64,000 nucleotides of DNA from Scyliorhinus canicula (taxonomy: Eukaryota), in contig NC_052156.1 of the NCBI RefSeq assembly GCF_902713615.1, forward strand, positions 163,366,789-163,430,788. Reading direction: 5' to 3'. The notes under the pieces are model-generated. The model was not told where the DNA came from. It saw only the letters and a program-made list of their open reading frames with translations, and ran no database searches. Position numbers and translations under genes: made by a program. This document shows, one piece after another, positions 1 through 12,059 of the stretch (position 1 is its first letter; each line of letters starts with the position of its first letter).

Positions 1-3000
1 TGGGGGGCAGGTGATGGGGGGCAGGTGATGGGGGGCAGGTGATGGGGGGCAGGTGATGGGGGGCAGGTGATGGGGGGCAGGTGATGGGGGGCAGGTGATG
101 GGGGGCAGGTGATGGGGGGCAGGTGATGGGGGGCAGGTGATGGGGGGCAGGTGATGGGGGGAGGGCAGGTGATGGGGGGGCAGGTGATGGGGGGCAGGTG
201 ATGGGGGGCAGTGTGATGGGGGGGGCAGGTGATGGGGGGGGGGGCAGGTGATGGGGGGCAGGTGATGGGGGGCAGGTGATGGGGGGCAGGGTGATGGGGG
301 GCAGGTGATGGGGGGGGCAGGTGATGGGGGGAGCAGGTGATGGTGGGGCAGGTGATGGGGGGCAGGTGATGGGGGCAGGTGATGGGGGGCAGGTGATGGG
401 GGGGGCAGGTGATGGGGGCAGGTGATGGGGGGCAGGTGATGGGGGGCAGGTGATGGGGGGCAGGTGATGGGGGGCAGGTGATGGGGGGCAGGTGATGGGG
501 GCAGTGATGGGGGGCAGGTGATGGTGGGCAGGTGATGGGGGCAGGTGATGGGGGGCAGGTGATGGGTGGCAGGTGATGGGGGGCAGGTGATGGGGGGGCA
601 GGTGGATGGGGGGCAGGTGATGGGGGGCAGGTGATGGGGGGCAGGGTGATGGGGGGGCAGGTGATGGGGGGCAGGTGATGGGGGGCAGGTGATGGGGGGC
701 AGGTGATGGGGGGCAGGTGATGGGGGGCAGGTGATGGGGGGCAGGTGATGGGGGGCAGGTGATGGGGGGGCAGGTGATGGGGGGCAGGTGATGGGGGGCA
801 GGTGATGGGGGGCAGGTGATGGGGGGCAGGTGATGGGGGGCAGGTGATGGGGGGCAGGTGATGGGGGCAGGTGATGGGGGGGCAGGTGATGGGGGGCAGG
901 TGATGGGGGGCAGGTGATGGGGGGCAGGTGATGGGGGGCAGGTGATGGGGGGCAGGTGATGGGGGGCAGGTGATGGGGGGCAGGTGATGGGGGGCAGGTG
1001 ATGGGGGGCAGGTGATGGGGGGCAGGTGATGGGGGGCAGGTGATGGGGGGCAGGTGATGGGGGGCAGGTGATGGGGGGCAGGTGATGGGGGGCAGGTGAT
1101 GGGGGGCAGGTGATGGGGGGCAGGTGATGGGGGGCAGGTGATGGGGGGCAGGTGATGGGGGGCAGGTGATGGGGGGCAGGTGATGGGGGGCAGGTGATGG
1201 GGGGCAGGTGATGGGGGGCAGGTGCTGGGGGGCAGGTGATGGGGGGCAGGTGATGGGGGGCAGGTGATGGGGGGCAGGTGATGGGGGGCAGGTGATGGGG
1301 GGCAGGTGATGGGGGGCAGGTGATGGGGGGCAGGTGATGGGGGGCAGGTGATGGGGGGCAGGTGATGGGGGGCAGGTGATGGGGGGCAGGTGATGGGGGG
1401 CAGGTGATGGGGGGCAGGTATGGGGGCAGGTGATGGGGGGCAGGTGATGGGGGGCAGGTGATGGGGGGCAGGTGATGGGGGGCAGGTGATGGGGGGCAGG
1501 TGATGGGGGGCAGGTGATGGGGGGCAGGTGATGGGGGGCAGGTGATGGGGGGCAGGTGATGGGGGGCAGGTGATGGGGGGCAGGTGATGGGGGGCAGGTG
1601 ATGGGGGGCAGGTGATGGGGGGCAGGTTGATGGGGGGCAGGTGATGGGGGGCAGGTGATGGGGGGAAGGTGATGGGGGGCAGGTGATGGGGGGCAGGTGA
1701 TGGGGGGCAGGTGATGGGGGGCAGGTGATGGGGGCAGGTGATGGGGGGCAGGTGATGGGGGGCAGGTGATGGGGGGCAGGTGATGGGGGGCAGGTGATGG
1801 GGGGCAGGTGATGGGGGGCAGGTGATGGGGGGCAGGTGATGGGGGCAGGTGATGGGGGGCAGGTGATGGGGGGCAGGTGATGGGGGGCAGGGTGATGGGG
1901 GGCAGGTGATGGGGGGCAGGTGATGGGGGGCAGGTGATGGGGGGCAGGTGATGGGGGGCAGGTGATGGGGGGCAGGTGATGGGGGGCAGGTGATGGGGGG
2001 CAGGTGATGGGGGGCAGGTGATGGGGGGCAGGTGATGGGGGGCAGGTGATGGGGGGCAGGTGATGGGGGGCAGGTGATGGGGGGCAGGTGATGGGGGCAG
2101 GTGATGGGGGGCAGGTGATGGGGGGCAGGTGATGGGGGGCAGGTGATGGGGGGCAGGTGATGGGGGGCAGGTGATGGGGGGCAGGTGATGGGGGGCAGGT
2201 GATGGGGGGCAGGTGATGGGGGCAGGTGATGGGGGGCAGGTGATGGGGGGCAGGTGATGGGGGGCAGGTGATGGGGGGCAGGTGATGGGGGGCAGGTGAT
2301 GGGGGGCAGGTGATGGGGGGCAGGTGATGGGGGGCAGGTGATGGGGGGCAGGTGATGGGGGGCAGGTGATGGGGGGCAGGTGATGGGGGGCAGGTGATGG
2401 GGGGCAGGTGATGGGGGGCAGGTGATGGGGGGCAGGTGATGGGGGGCAGGTGATGGGGGGCAGGTGATGGGGGGCAGGTGATGGGGGGCAGGTGATGGGG
2501 GGCAGGTGATGGGGGGCAGGTGATGGGGGGCAGGTGATGGGGGGCAGGTGATGGGGGGCAGGTGATGGGGGGCAGGTGATGGGGGGCAGGTGATGGGGGG
2601 CAGGTGATGGGGGGCAGGTGATGGGGGGCAGGTGATGGGGGGCAGATGATGGGGGGCAGGTGATGGGGGGCAGGTGATGGGGGGCAGGTGATGGGGGGCA
2701 GGTGATGGGGGGCAGGTGATGGGGGGCAGGTGATGGGGGGCAGGTGATGGGGGGCAGGTGATGGGGGGCAGGTGATGGGGGGCAGGTGATGGGGGGCAGG
2801 TGATGGGGGGCAGGTGATGGGGGGCAGGTGATGGGGGGCAGGTGATGGGGGGCAGGTGATGGGGGGCAGGTGATGGGGGGCAGGTGATGGGGGGCAGGTG
2901 ATGGGGGGCAGGTGATGGGGGGCAGGTGATGGGGGGCAGGTGATGGGGGGCAGGTGATGGGGGGCAGGTGATGGGGGGCAGGTGATGGGGGGCAGGTGAT

Positions 3001-6000
3001 GGGGGGCAGGTGATGGGGGGCAGGTGATGGGGGGGCAGGTGATGGGGGGCAGGTGATGGGGGGCAGGTGATGGGGGGCAGGTGATGGGGGGCAGGTGATG
3101 GGGGGCAGGTGATGGGGGGCAGGTGATGGGGGGCAGGTGATGGGGGGCAGGTGATGGGGGGGCAGGTGATGGGGGGCAGGTGATGGGGGGCAGGTGATGG
3201 GGGGCAGGTGATGGGGGGCAGGTGATGGGGGGCAGGTGATGGGGGGCAGGTGATGGGGGGCAGGTGATGGGGGGCAGGTGATGGGGGGCAGGTGATGGGG
3301 GGCAGGATGATGGGGGGCAGATGATGGGGGGCAGGATGATGGGGGGCAGATGATGGGGGGCAGCTGATGGGGGGCAGATGATGGGGGGCAGATGATGGGG
3401 GGCAGATGATGGGGGGCAGATGATGGGGGGCAGATGATGGGGGGCAGATGATGGGGGGCAGATGATGGGGGGCAGATGATGGGGGGCAGGTGATGGGGGC
3501 AGATGATGGGGGGCAGATGATGGGGGGCAGATGATGGGGGGCAGATGATGGGGGGCAGATGATGGGGGGCAGATGATGGGGGGGCAGATGATGGGGGGCA
3601 GATGATGGGGGCAGATGATGGGGGGCAGATGATGGGGGCAGATGATGGGGGGCAGATGATGGGGGCAGATGATGGGGGGCAGATGATGGGGGCAGATGAT
3701 GGGGGGCAGATGATGGGGGGCAGATGATGGGGGGCAGATGATGGGGGGCAGATGATGGGGGGCAGATGATGGGGGGCAGATGATGGGGGGCAGATGATGG
3801 GGGGCAGATGATGGGGGGCAGATGATGGGGGGCAGATGATGGGGGGCAGATGATGGGGGGCAGATGATGGGGGGCAGATGATGGGGGGCAGATGATGGGG
3901 GGCAGATGATGGGGGGCAGATGATGGGGGGCAGATGATGGGGGCAGGTGATGGGGGGCAGGTGATGGGGGGCAGATGATGGGGGGCAGATGATGGGGGGC
4001 AGATGATGGGGGGCAGATGATGGGGGGCAGATGATGGGGGGCAGATGATGGGGGGCAGATGATGGGGGGCAGATGATGGGGGGTAGATGATGGGGGGTAG
4101 ATGATGGGGGGTAGATGATGGGGGGTAGATGATGGGGGGTAGATGATGGGGGGTAGATGATGGGGGGTAGATGATGGGGGTAGATGATGGGGGTAGATGA
4201 TGGGGGTAGATGATGGGGGTAGATGATGGGGGGTAGATGATGGGGGGTAGATGATGGGGGGGATATGATGGGGGGGATATGATGGGGGGGATATGATGGG
4301 GGGGGATATGATGGGGGGGGGATATGATGGGGGGGGATATGATGGGGGGGGATATGATGGGGGGGAATATGATGGGGGGGGATATGATGGGGGGGGATAT
4401 GATGGGGGGGGATATGATGGGGGGGGATATGATGGGGGGGGATATGAGGGGGGGGGATATGATGGGGGGGGGATATGATGGGGGGGGATATGATGGGGGG
4501 GGATATGATGGGGGGGGATATGATGGGGGGGGATATGATGGGGGGGATATGATGGGGGGGGGGATATGATGGGGGGGGATATGATGGGGGGGATATGATG
4601 GGGGGGGATATGATGGGGGGGGATATGATGGGGGGGGATATGATGGGGGGTGATATGATGGGGGGGTGATATGATGGGGGGGGATATGATGGGGGGGGAT
4701 ATGATGGGGGGATATGATGGGGGGGATATGATATGATGGGGGGGATATGATGGGGGGGATATGATGGGGGGGGGGGGGGATATGATGGGGGGGGGAGGGG
4801 ATATGATGGGGGGGAGGGGGATATGATGGGGGGGGAGGGGGATATGATGGGGGGGAGGGGGATATGATGGGGGGGAGGGGGATATGATGGGGGGGAGGGG
4901 GATATGATGGGGGGGAGGGGGATATGATGGGGGGGGAGGGGGATATGATGGGGGGGAGGGGGATATGATGGGGGGGGGGGGGGGATATGATGGGGGGGGG
5001 GGGGGATATGATGGGGGGGGTGATATGATGGGGGATATGATGGGGGGGGTGGGGGATATGATGGGGGGGGGTGGGGATATGATGGGGGGGGGAGGGGGAT
5101 ATGATGGGGGGGGAGGGGGATATGATGGGGGGGGGGAGGGGATATGATGGGGGGGGGAGGAGGATATGATGGGGGGGAGGAGGATATGATGGGGGGGGGA
5201 GTGGGAGGAGGATATGATGGGGGGGGAGGGGGATATGATGGGGGGGGAGGGGGATATGATGGGGGGGAGGGGGATATGATGGGGGGGGGAGGGGGATATG
5301 ATGGGGGGGAGGGGGATATGATGGGGGGCGGGGGATATGATGGGGGGGAGGGGGATATGATGGGGGGGAGGGGGATATGATGGGGGGGAGGGGGATATGA
5401 TGGGGGGAGGGGGATATGATGGGGGGGAGGGGGATATGATGGGGGGAGGGGGATATGATGGGGGGAGGGGGATATGATGGGGGGGAGGGGGATATGATGG
5501 GGGAGGGGGATATGATGGGGGGGGAGGGGGATATGATGGGTGGGAGGGGGATATGATGGGGGGGAGGGGGATATGATGGGGGGGAGGGGGATATGATGGG
5601 GGGGAGGGGGATATGATGGGGGGGGAGGGGGATATGATGGGGGGGAGGGGGATATGATGGGGGGAGGGGGATATGATGGGGGGAGGGGGGATATGATGGG
5701 GGGGAGGGGGATATGATGGGGGGGAGGGGGATATGATGGGGGGGAGGGGGATATGATGGGGGGGGAGGGGGATATGATGGGGGGGGAGGGGGATATGATG
5801 GGGGGGGAGGGGGATATGATGGGGGGGAGGGGGATATGATGGGGGGGGAGGGGGATATGATGGGGGGGAGGGGGATATGATGGGGGGGAGGGGGATATGA
5901 TGGGGGGGAGGGGGATATGATGGGGGGGGAGGGGGATATGATGGGGGGGGAGGGGGATATGATGGGGGGGAGGGGGATATGATGGGGGGGAGGGGGATAT

Positions 6001-8084
6001 GATGGGGGGGAGGGGGATATGATGGGGGGGAGGGGGATATGATGGGGGGGAGGGGGATATGATGGGGGGAGGGGGATATGATGGGGGGGAGGGGGATATG
6101 ATGGGGGGGGAGGGGGATATGATGGGGGGGGAGGGGGATATGATGGGGGGGGAGGGGGATATGATGGGGGGGGAGGGGGATATGATGGGGGGGAGGGGGA
6201 TATGATGGGGGGGAGGGGGATATGATGGGGGGGAGGGGGATATGATGGGGGGAGGGGGATATGATGGGGGGAGGGGGATATGATGGGGGGGAGGGGGATA
6301 TGATGGGGGGGAGGGGGATATGATGGGGGGGAGGGGGATATGATGGGGGGGGAGGGGGATATGATGGGGGGGGGAGGAGGGGGATATGATGGGGGGGGAG
6401 AGGGGGATATGATGGGGGGAGAGAGGGGGATATGATGGGGGGGGAGAGGGGGATATGATGGGGGGGGAGAGGGGGATATGATGGCGGGGGAGAGGGGGAT
6501 ATGATGGCGGGGGAGAGGGGGATATGATGGGGGGGGAGAGGGGGATATGATGGGGGGGGGGAGGGGGGTATGATGGGGGGGGGGGAGAGGGGGATATGAT
6601 GGGGGGGGGAGAGGGGGATATGATGGGGGGGGGGGAGGGGGATATGATGGGGGGGGGGAGAGGGGGATATGATGGGGGGGGGGAGAGGGGGATATGATGG
6701 GGGGGGGAGAGGGGGATATGATGGGGGGGGGAGAGGGGGATATGATGGGGGGGGAGAGGGGGATATGATGGGGGGGGGAGAGGGGGATATGATGGGGGGG
6801 GAGAGGGGGATATGATTGGGGGGGGGAGAGGGGGATATGATGGGGGGGGGAGAGGGGGATATGATGGGGGGGGGGGGAGAGGGGGATATGATGGTGGGGG
6901 GAGAGGGGGATATGATGGGGGGGGAGAGGGGGATATGATGGGGGGGGAGAGGGGGATATGATGGGGGGGGAGAGGGGGATATGATGGGGGGGGGAGAGGG
7001 GGATATGATGGGGGGGGGAGAGGGGGATATGATGGGGGGGGGGAGAGGGGGATATGATGGGGGGGGAGAGGGGGATATGATGGGGTGGGAGAGGGGGATA
7101 TGATGGGGGGAGGGGGATATGATGGGGGGAGGGGGATATGATGGGGGGAGGGGGATATGATGGGGGGAGGGGGATATGATGGGGGGAGGGGGATATGATG
7201 GGGGGAGGGGGATATGATGGGGGGAGGGGGATATGATGGGGGGAGGGGGATATGATGGGGGGAGGGGGATATGATGGGGGGAGGGGGATATGATGGGGGG
7301 AGGGGGATATGATGGGGGGAGGGGGATATGATGGGGGGAGGGGATATGATGGGGGGAGGGGGATATGATGGGGGGAGGGGGATATGATGGGGGGGAGGGG
7401 GATATGATGGGGGGGAGGGGGATATGATGGGGGGGAGGGGGATATGATGGGGGGGAGGGGGATATGATGGGGGGGGAGGGGGATATGATGGGGGGGGAGG
7501 GGGATATGATGGGGGGGAGGGGGATATGATGGGGGGGGAGGGGGATATGATGGGGGGGGAGGGGGATATGATGGGGGGGGAGGGGGATATGATGGGGGGG
7601 GAGGGGGATATGATGGGGGGGGAGGGGGATATGATGGGGGGGGAGGGGGATATGATGGGGGGGGAGGGGGATATGATGGGGGGGGAGGGGGATATGATGG
7701 GGGGGAGGGGGATATGATGGGGGGGGGAGGGGATATGATGGGGGGGGGAGGGGATATGATGGGGGGGGAGGGGGATATGATGGGGGGGGAGGGGGATATG
7801 ATGGGGGGGGAGGGGGATATGATGGGGGGGAGGGGGATATGATGGGGGGGAGGGGGATATGATGGGGGGGGAGGGGGATATGATGGGGGGGGAGGGGGAT
7901 ATGATGGGGGGGGGAGGGGGATATGATGGGGGGGGGAGGGGGATATGATGGGGGGGGGGGGGGGATGTGATGGGGGGGGGGGGGGGAGATGGTGGGGGGG
8001 GGGGGGGGATATGATGGGGGGGGGAGGGGGATATGATGGGGGGGGAGGGGATATGATGGGGGGGGAGGGGGTATGATGGGGGGG
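1..8084 (+). repeat. G-rich minisatellite array with stepwise-evolving 14-23 bp unit; extends beyond window start
   Basis: Units in order: GGGGGGCAGGTGAT (1-~3300), GGGGGGCAGATGAT (~3300-4080), GGGGGGTAGATGAT (~4080-4260), G(7-9)ATATGAT (~4260-4790), G(6-8)AGGGGGATATGAT (~4790-8084), with a GAGAGGGGG variant at ~6390-7100. Confidence 0.97.
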
Positions 8085-8360
8085 ACGGAGCTGAGGCCCG
8101 GCGCTAAATTGCACCGGCACCTGGAGCACGGCTCCTGCGCTGTGTGGCGGGGTCTCACCGTTCGGCGGTGCGGGCGGCAGGGCCGCCGCTCTCTCCCGGT
8201 GCCGCTCCCGGTGCCGGTCTCTCTCCTCCCGCCGGGCCCTCAGCGCCGCGCCGCTCACCGGAAGTCGGAGCAGGTCCGTCCGCATCGGGGCTCCGGGGGG
8301 AAACACGGAGCGGCCGGAGCGGCCCCGCCCACTCCTCCTCCTGCTGCTGCTGCTGCTCCC
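8085..8360. promoter_or_regulatory. CpG island / probable (bidirectional) promoter
   Basis: Locally very CpG-rich unique sequence with an ETS motif CCGGAAGT (8258-8265), a GC box GGCCCCGCCC (~8321-8330) and short (CCT)n(CTG)n tracts. It lies ~2 kb upstream of the ECHDC3 ATG. Confidence 0.7.
8159..8360 (-). other. Candidate first exon of a divergently transcribed gene (USP6NL expected by human synteny; unconfirmed)
   Basis: Two consensus minus-strand donors: CCG|GTGAGC (8259/8258) and ACG|GTGAGA (8159/8158), both inside the CpG island. No recognisable coding sequence. Confidence 0.35.
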
Positions 8361-8401
8361 AGACCCCTGTCCACTCCCACTGGGGTCCCAGCCACCCCCT
8401 C

Positions 8402-8468
8402 AACACCCCGACACCCTCTAAAACACCCCGACACCCTCTAAAACACCCCGACACCCTCTAAAACACCC
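8402..8468 (+). repeat. 20-bp tandem repeat (AACACCCCGACACCCTCTAA) x~3.4
   Basis: Three exact consecutive units are visible on line 8401. Confidence 0.9.
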
Positions 8469-8694
8469 ACCTCAGCCTCCAGCTCTCTGCCTCCCTCAAC
8501 CACACACTTGGCAATTCGACTGTGGTGGGCATCTCGGGTTGACAATTATCCAGGGTGTCCCTGAACTCTCCAGAAATTGAAGATTAATTCCCCTGGACAC
8601 TGCTGTGAGCAACCTCGAGGGTCATTAAAGACATTTTTTTTGAGGGGGGGGATCCTTCTAACAACTTTGCCAATTATAATAATATAATGTAATC

Positions 8695-8984
8695 ATTATT
8701 ATTGCCACAACTCGGCTTAAATTAACACTGCAATGAAGTTACTGTGAAAAGCCCCCAGTCACCACATCCCGGCGCCTGTTTGGGTACACTGAGGGAGAAT
8801 TCAGAATGTCCAATTCACCTAACAGCACGTCTTTCATGACTTGCGGGAGGAAAACCGGAGCACCCGGAGGAAACACACGCAGACACAGGGAGAACGTGCA
8901 GACTCCGCACAGACAGTGACCCAAGCCGGGAATCGAACACGGCTCCCTGGTGCTGTGAAGCAACACTGTGCTACCGTGCCGCCC
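8695..8984 (-). mobile_element. V-SINE/HE1-like SINE, tail type C (ends GTGACAATAA + (TAA)n)
   Basis: tRNA-like head, V-domain body GTGCGGAGTCTGCACGTTCTCCC, and tail GAATTGGACATTCTGAATTCTCC...GCTTTTCACAGTAACTTCATTGCAG. Confidence 0.85.
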
Positions 8985-9254
8985 TAATTAAACTAAATAA
9001 CGTCAAAGGTGAAGGCTACTCGACTGGGCCAGGTACCGGATTGAGGGACCATAACCTCCAGGAATATAACCAACCAAAGTTGGCAACCCCGTAGGCATCA
9101 CGGCCAATCCTGTCTTCATCCCCACAGCCTGCACTTCTGCCAGGGGTCACTCATACCCATTGGGTGTGAGAGAGGAGGGGTGGGTGAGACTGTGCCTCTT
9201 TTGCCTTCTGCAACCCAGAGTCCAAATGTTCCACCACCCCCAGTTGGGAGAAAG

Positions 9255-9520
9255 AAAGACTTTCATTTTTATATCGAGCCTTTTGTGAGCTCCAGAAGTC
9301 TCAAAGCAGTTTGCTGTCAAAATGAGTATCTTTTTAAAAAGCTGAACTGCTGTCGTAGTGTCGGAAACACTGCAGCAATTTGCAAACTCCCACAAACGAT
9401 TGTCTGTTTTGGAACCGTTGCTTGAGGAATAAAGATTGTCTAAGACGGCCGGGAAATATCCTCCGCTCCTCTTGAATAGAGCCGAGAGGTAAAACAGACC
9501 TTGGTTGAATGTCTCATCTG
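9255..9520 (-). mobile_element. Degenerate DeuSINE (SacSINE1-like)
   Basis: Similar to the better-preserved copy at 57005-57310 and to the Deu-domain/tail consensus recalled from the literature. Confidence 0.6.
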
Positions 9521-9550
9521 AAAGTTGGGGTATCGCACGGGACCATCAGG

Positions 9551-9774
9551 TTTTTAAAAATATTTAGAGTATCCAATTTTTATTTTCAATGAAGGGGTAA
9601 TTTATCATGACCAATCCACCTACCCTGCATATCTTTGGGTTGTGGGGGCGAAACCCATGCAGACATGGGAAGAATGTGCAAACTCCACACGGACAGCGAC
9701 CCAGGGTCGGGATCGAACACGGGTCCTCGGCGCTGTGAGGCAGCAGTGCTAACCACTGTACCACCGTGCTGCCC
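9551..9774 (-). mobile_element. V-SINE/HE1-like SINE, short form, A-rich tail type B
   Basis: Head GGGCAGCACGGTGG, body ...CCCCCACAACCCAAAGATATGCAGGGTAGG, and tail AATTGGATACTCTAAATATTTTTAAAAA. Confidence 0.85.
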
Positions 9775-10124
9775 TACTGGAAAGTGAGTTGTGCTCAAGT
9801 CCCACAAGCTTCTGGTGCAGAGGTGAGAGTTAGCCAGTTGACCTGTGGCGTGGCTCACGATACTAAAGGGTTTTAAACATCACCAGCATCAACATTTGCA
9901 GAAGTGTGGAAAAAAGGTGGAAAAAAAATAAAAACACAGGGGAAACCCATTTAAATAAAATAGCCATTTTTACCGACTCAGGTATTATTAGAGCAGGTTA
10001 AACAAAAAAGATAATAATTTACAATTGAACAACATTCTGCGTTGTTTATAATTGATTGTATTTATAATATACATCAATTTATAATTGATGTATTGAGTAA
10101 CGACAGCAGCTTGCATTTATGTAC

Positions 10125-10290
10125 AGGGGCTGTTTAGCACACTGGGCTAAATCGCTGGCTTTGAAAGCAGGCCAGCAGTATGGTTCGATTCCCCGAACAG
10201 GCGCCGGAATGTGGCGACTAGGGGCTTTTCACAGTAACTTCAGTGAAGTCTACTCGTGACAACAAGCAATTTTCATTTTCATTTCATTCA
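10125..10290 (+). mobile_element. Short tRNA-like SINE family D (GGGGCTGTTTAGC head, (CATTT)n tail)
   Basis: B-box GGTTCGATTCC. The 3' part is shared with tail type C. Other copies: 18498-18692(-), 19058-19244(+), 22656-22825(-), 23632-23742(-), 23774-23958(-), 47369-47550(+), 49920-50101(-). Confidence 0.8.
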
Positions 10291-10422
10291 TCAGGGGGAA
10301 AAGGGTAAGCAATAAGTCAGCAATCCCACGGTTGGAGTGGAACAGAGGTGGAACTTTAAATCTGAGTTTCGGGTTGTGTTGGGACCGGTGTACTGTATGA
10401 ACCGAAGTGTCCTGGATGCACC

Positions 10423-10616
10423 ATGGGGTGTTTGTCTGCTGCTGGAAGATGTTTCGGGAAAATCAGAGGCTTGGCGAGACCCAGGCCTCAGCTTTTGCAG
10501 GGGTGGCACACGGTGAAAATCGTAGCTCCTGCTCACGGCCAAACCCGCTTTGCCAGTGAGGCGGCTGCGGCCAAATGTGAGCGACTGACTGTTAGAACGC
10601 AGAAGGACGGGATCAG
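10423..10616 (+). CDS. ECHDC3: ECHDC3 coding exon 1 (mitochondrial targeting peptide)
   Basis: Strong Kozak GCACCATGG. Encodes an Arg-rich, acid-poor N-terminus ending ...LTVRTQKDGIR, matching human ...ARQLDGIR. Donor AG|GTTGGT, phase 2, joins exon 2 in frame. Confidence 0.88.
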
Positions 10617-11504
10617 GTTGGTGTTGACTCAGAATTGATTCAGTTTTAATTTACTGCAGTTTACTGGAGAAGGTGATGGTGAGCTGCCTTCTTGAACCCG
10701 CTGCAGTCCGTCCGGTGCAGGTACGTACACCCACTGTGCTGTCAGGGAGGGAGTGCTACAATTTTGACCCCGTTTGATTGATCTGAAGGGCAACTGTCCC
10801 AATTCTGGCACAAATCCCCAATGGTGTGTCTTCGTGAACAAGTTGGGCTTTCTATGACGAAGGCTTAATTTGCCCTTTATGCCAGATTTATTTTGTCGAC
10901 TAAATTCCAGTTGAACCCTCCAGACCTCCTTTCGTGAACGTCTTTGCCTCGGCACTACCTTTCCTCTTTAAAAAGTCTTCTTCAAACCTTTAATTTTTTT
11001 TTCAATCATATGTCACTGTGTCTTGCGGTACCGAGGGTTTGAAGTAATCACACTTTTAGACCCGATGATGGAGCCTCATCCAATCTATTTCTCAGATCAT
11101 GCAATGTGCTATGGACTGAGACATAGTTGTTTGGGAAGCTGGCTGCCATGCGGTGGTGAGTGATGGAACTCTGGATACATATCAACCAACATTCAGAATC
11201 TTGTGCACTCCTCCTTGACAAATTTGATTGGGGGGGGGGCATTTAATCAGAATGACCAGTTCAATTTAAATTCTTGACGGGAAGGCCAGTGGACCTGTCT
11301 CCCCGCCCAGCCGCCATTTAGGGCCATCAAGTGGGCAATTACTGTAAAGCAGTGATCTGTCTCTCAGCTTAGACAACTCAAGCAGTGGAACTCTGACCAT
11401 TTCTCCCCAGCCCTCCAAATTCCCTGGCCTCTCACGACTCTCCCATCTCCGACAAGTCACAGGAGAATTTACTTATGTGAAGTTCCCCTGTCCACTGTTT
11501 TTAT

Positions 11505-11660
11505 AGTAAGAAGTCTGACAACACCAGGTTAACACTTTCACCTGACGAAGGAGCAGTGTTCCGAAAGCTAATGTTTGAAACAAACCTGTTGGACTTTAAC
11601 CTGGTGTTGTAAGACTTCTTACTGTGCACACCCCAGTCCCACGCCGGCATCTCCACATCA
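11505..11660 (+). mobile_element. Penelope-like element terminus with short inverted end and hammerhead core
   Basis: 11505-11532 is an inverted copy of ~11596-11623. Contains CTGACGA-A-GGAGCAGTGTTCC-GAAA-GC-TA. Same family as 37840-38108. Confidence 0.7.
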
Positions 11661-12059
11661 CTGGATGTTTCACCCCTACATTGAAACAGCATTCATTGAT
11701 TAGTAATTGCGGAGGCGGTCATGTGACACAGCGGCTAGCGTTCTCACCTCTGGGCCAGAGTTCTGGGTTCAAATCCCACTTCAGGACTTGATGGCCACTG
11801 AAGGTGTGTTCATAGTGTGACCAAACAGGCCGATCATCCTTCCCATAGGATAAAGAACGGGAGCATTCCCTGGTTAGCTGGACTGCAGAAGGCAATGGAA
11901 AACCACTGCAATACTTTGTCAAACATAATCATGGACCAATCCAATCGGAGTCCACCGTTGTCAACGGCCTGAGGAGGGAGGAGTAATAATGGACTGTGCA
12001 ATTTCAGACCAATGGTATTTAGTCAAGGCCTAATCATTTAGAGGATAATGTTAAACACA

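Noticed and set aside
4293-7717. GGYD/MMGGD-repeat ORFs resembling glycine-rich structural proteins
   Set aside because: Translations of the minisatellite. Variable G-run lengths shift frame constantly, and there are no splice signals or frame preservation.
1-8084. Telomeric repeat or CRISPR-like array
   Set aside because: No TTAGGG units, no unique spacers, and a eukaryotic context.
8073-8461. 99-122 aa ORFs over the CpG island (including poly-Q/E)
   Set aside because: Expected stop-poor GC-rich sequence with no recognisable homology.
10294-10304. Micro-exon between the SINE-tail acceptor (TTCATCAG) and GG|GTAAGC upstream of the ECHDC3 ATG
   Set aside because: Only motif-level evidence; cannot be distinguished from chance without transcripts.
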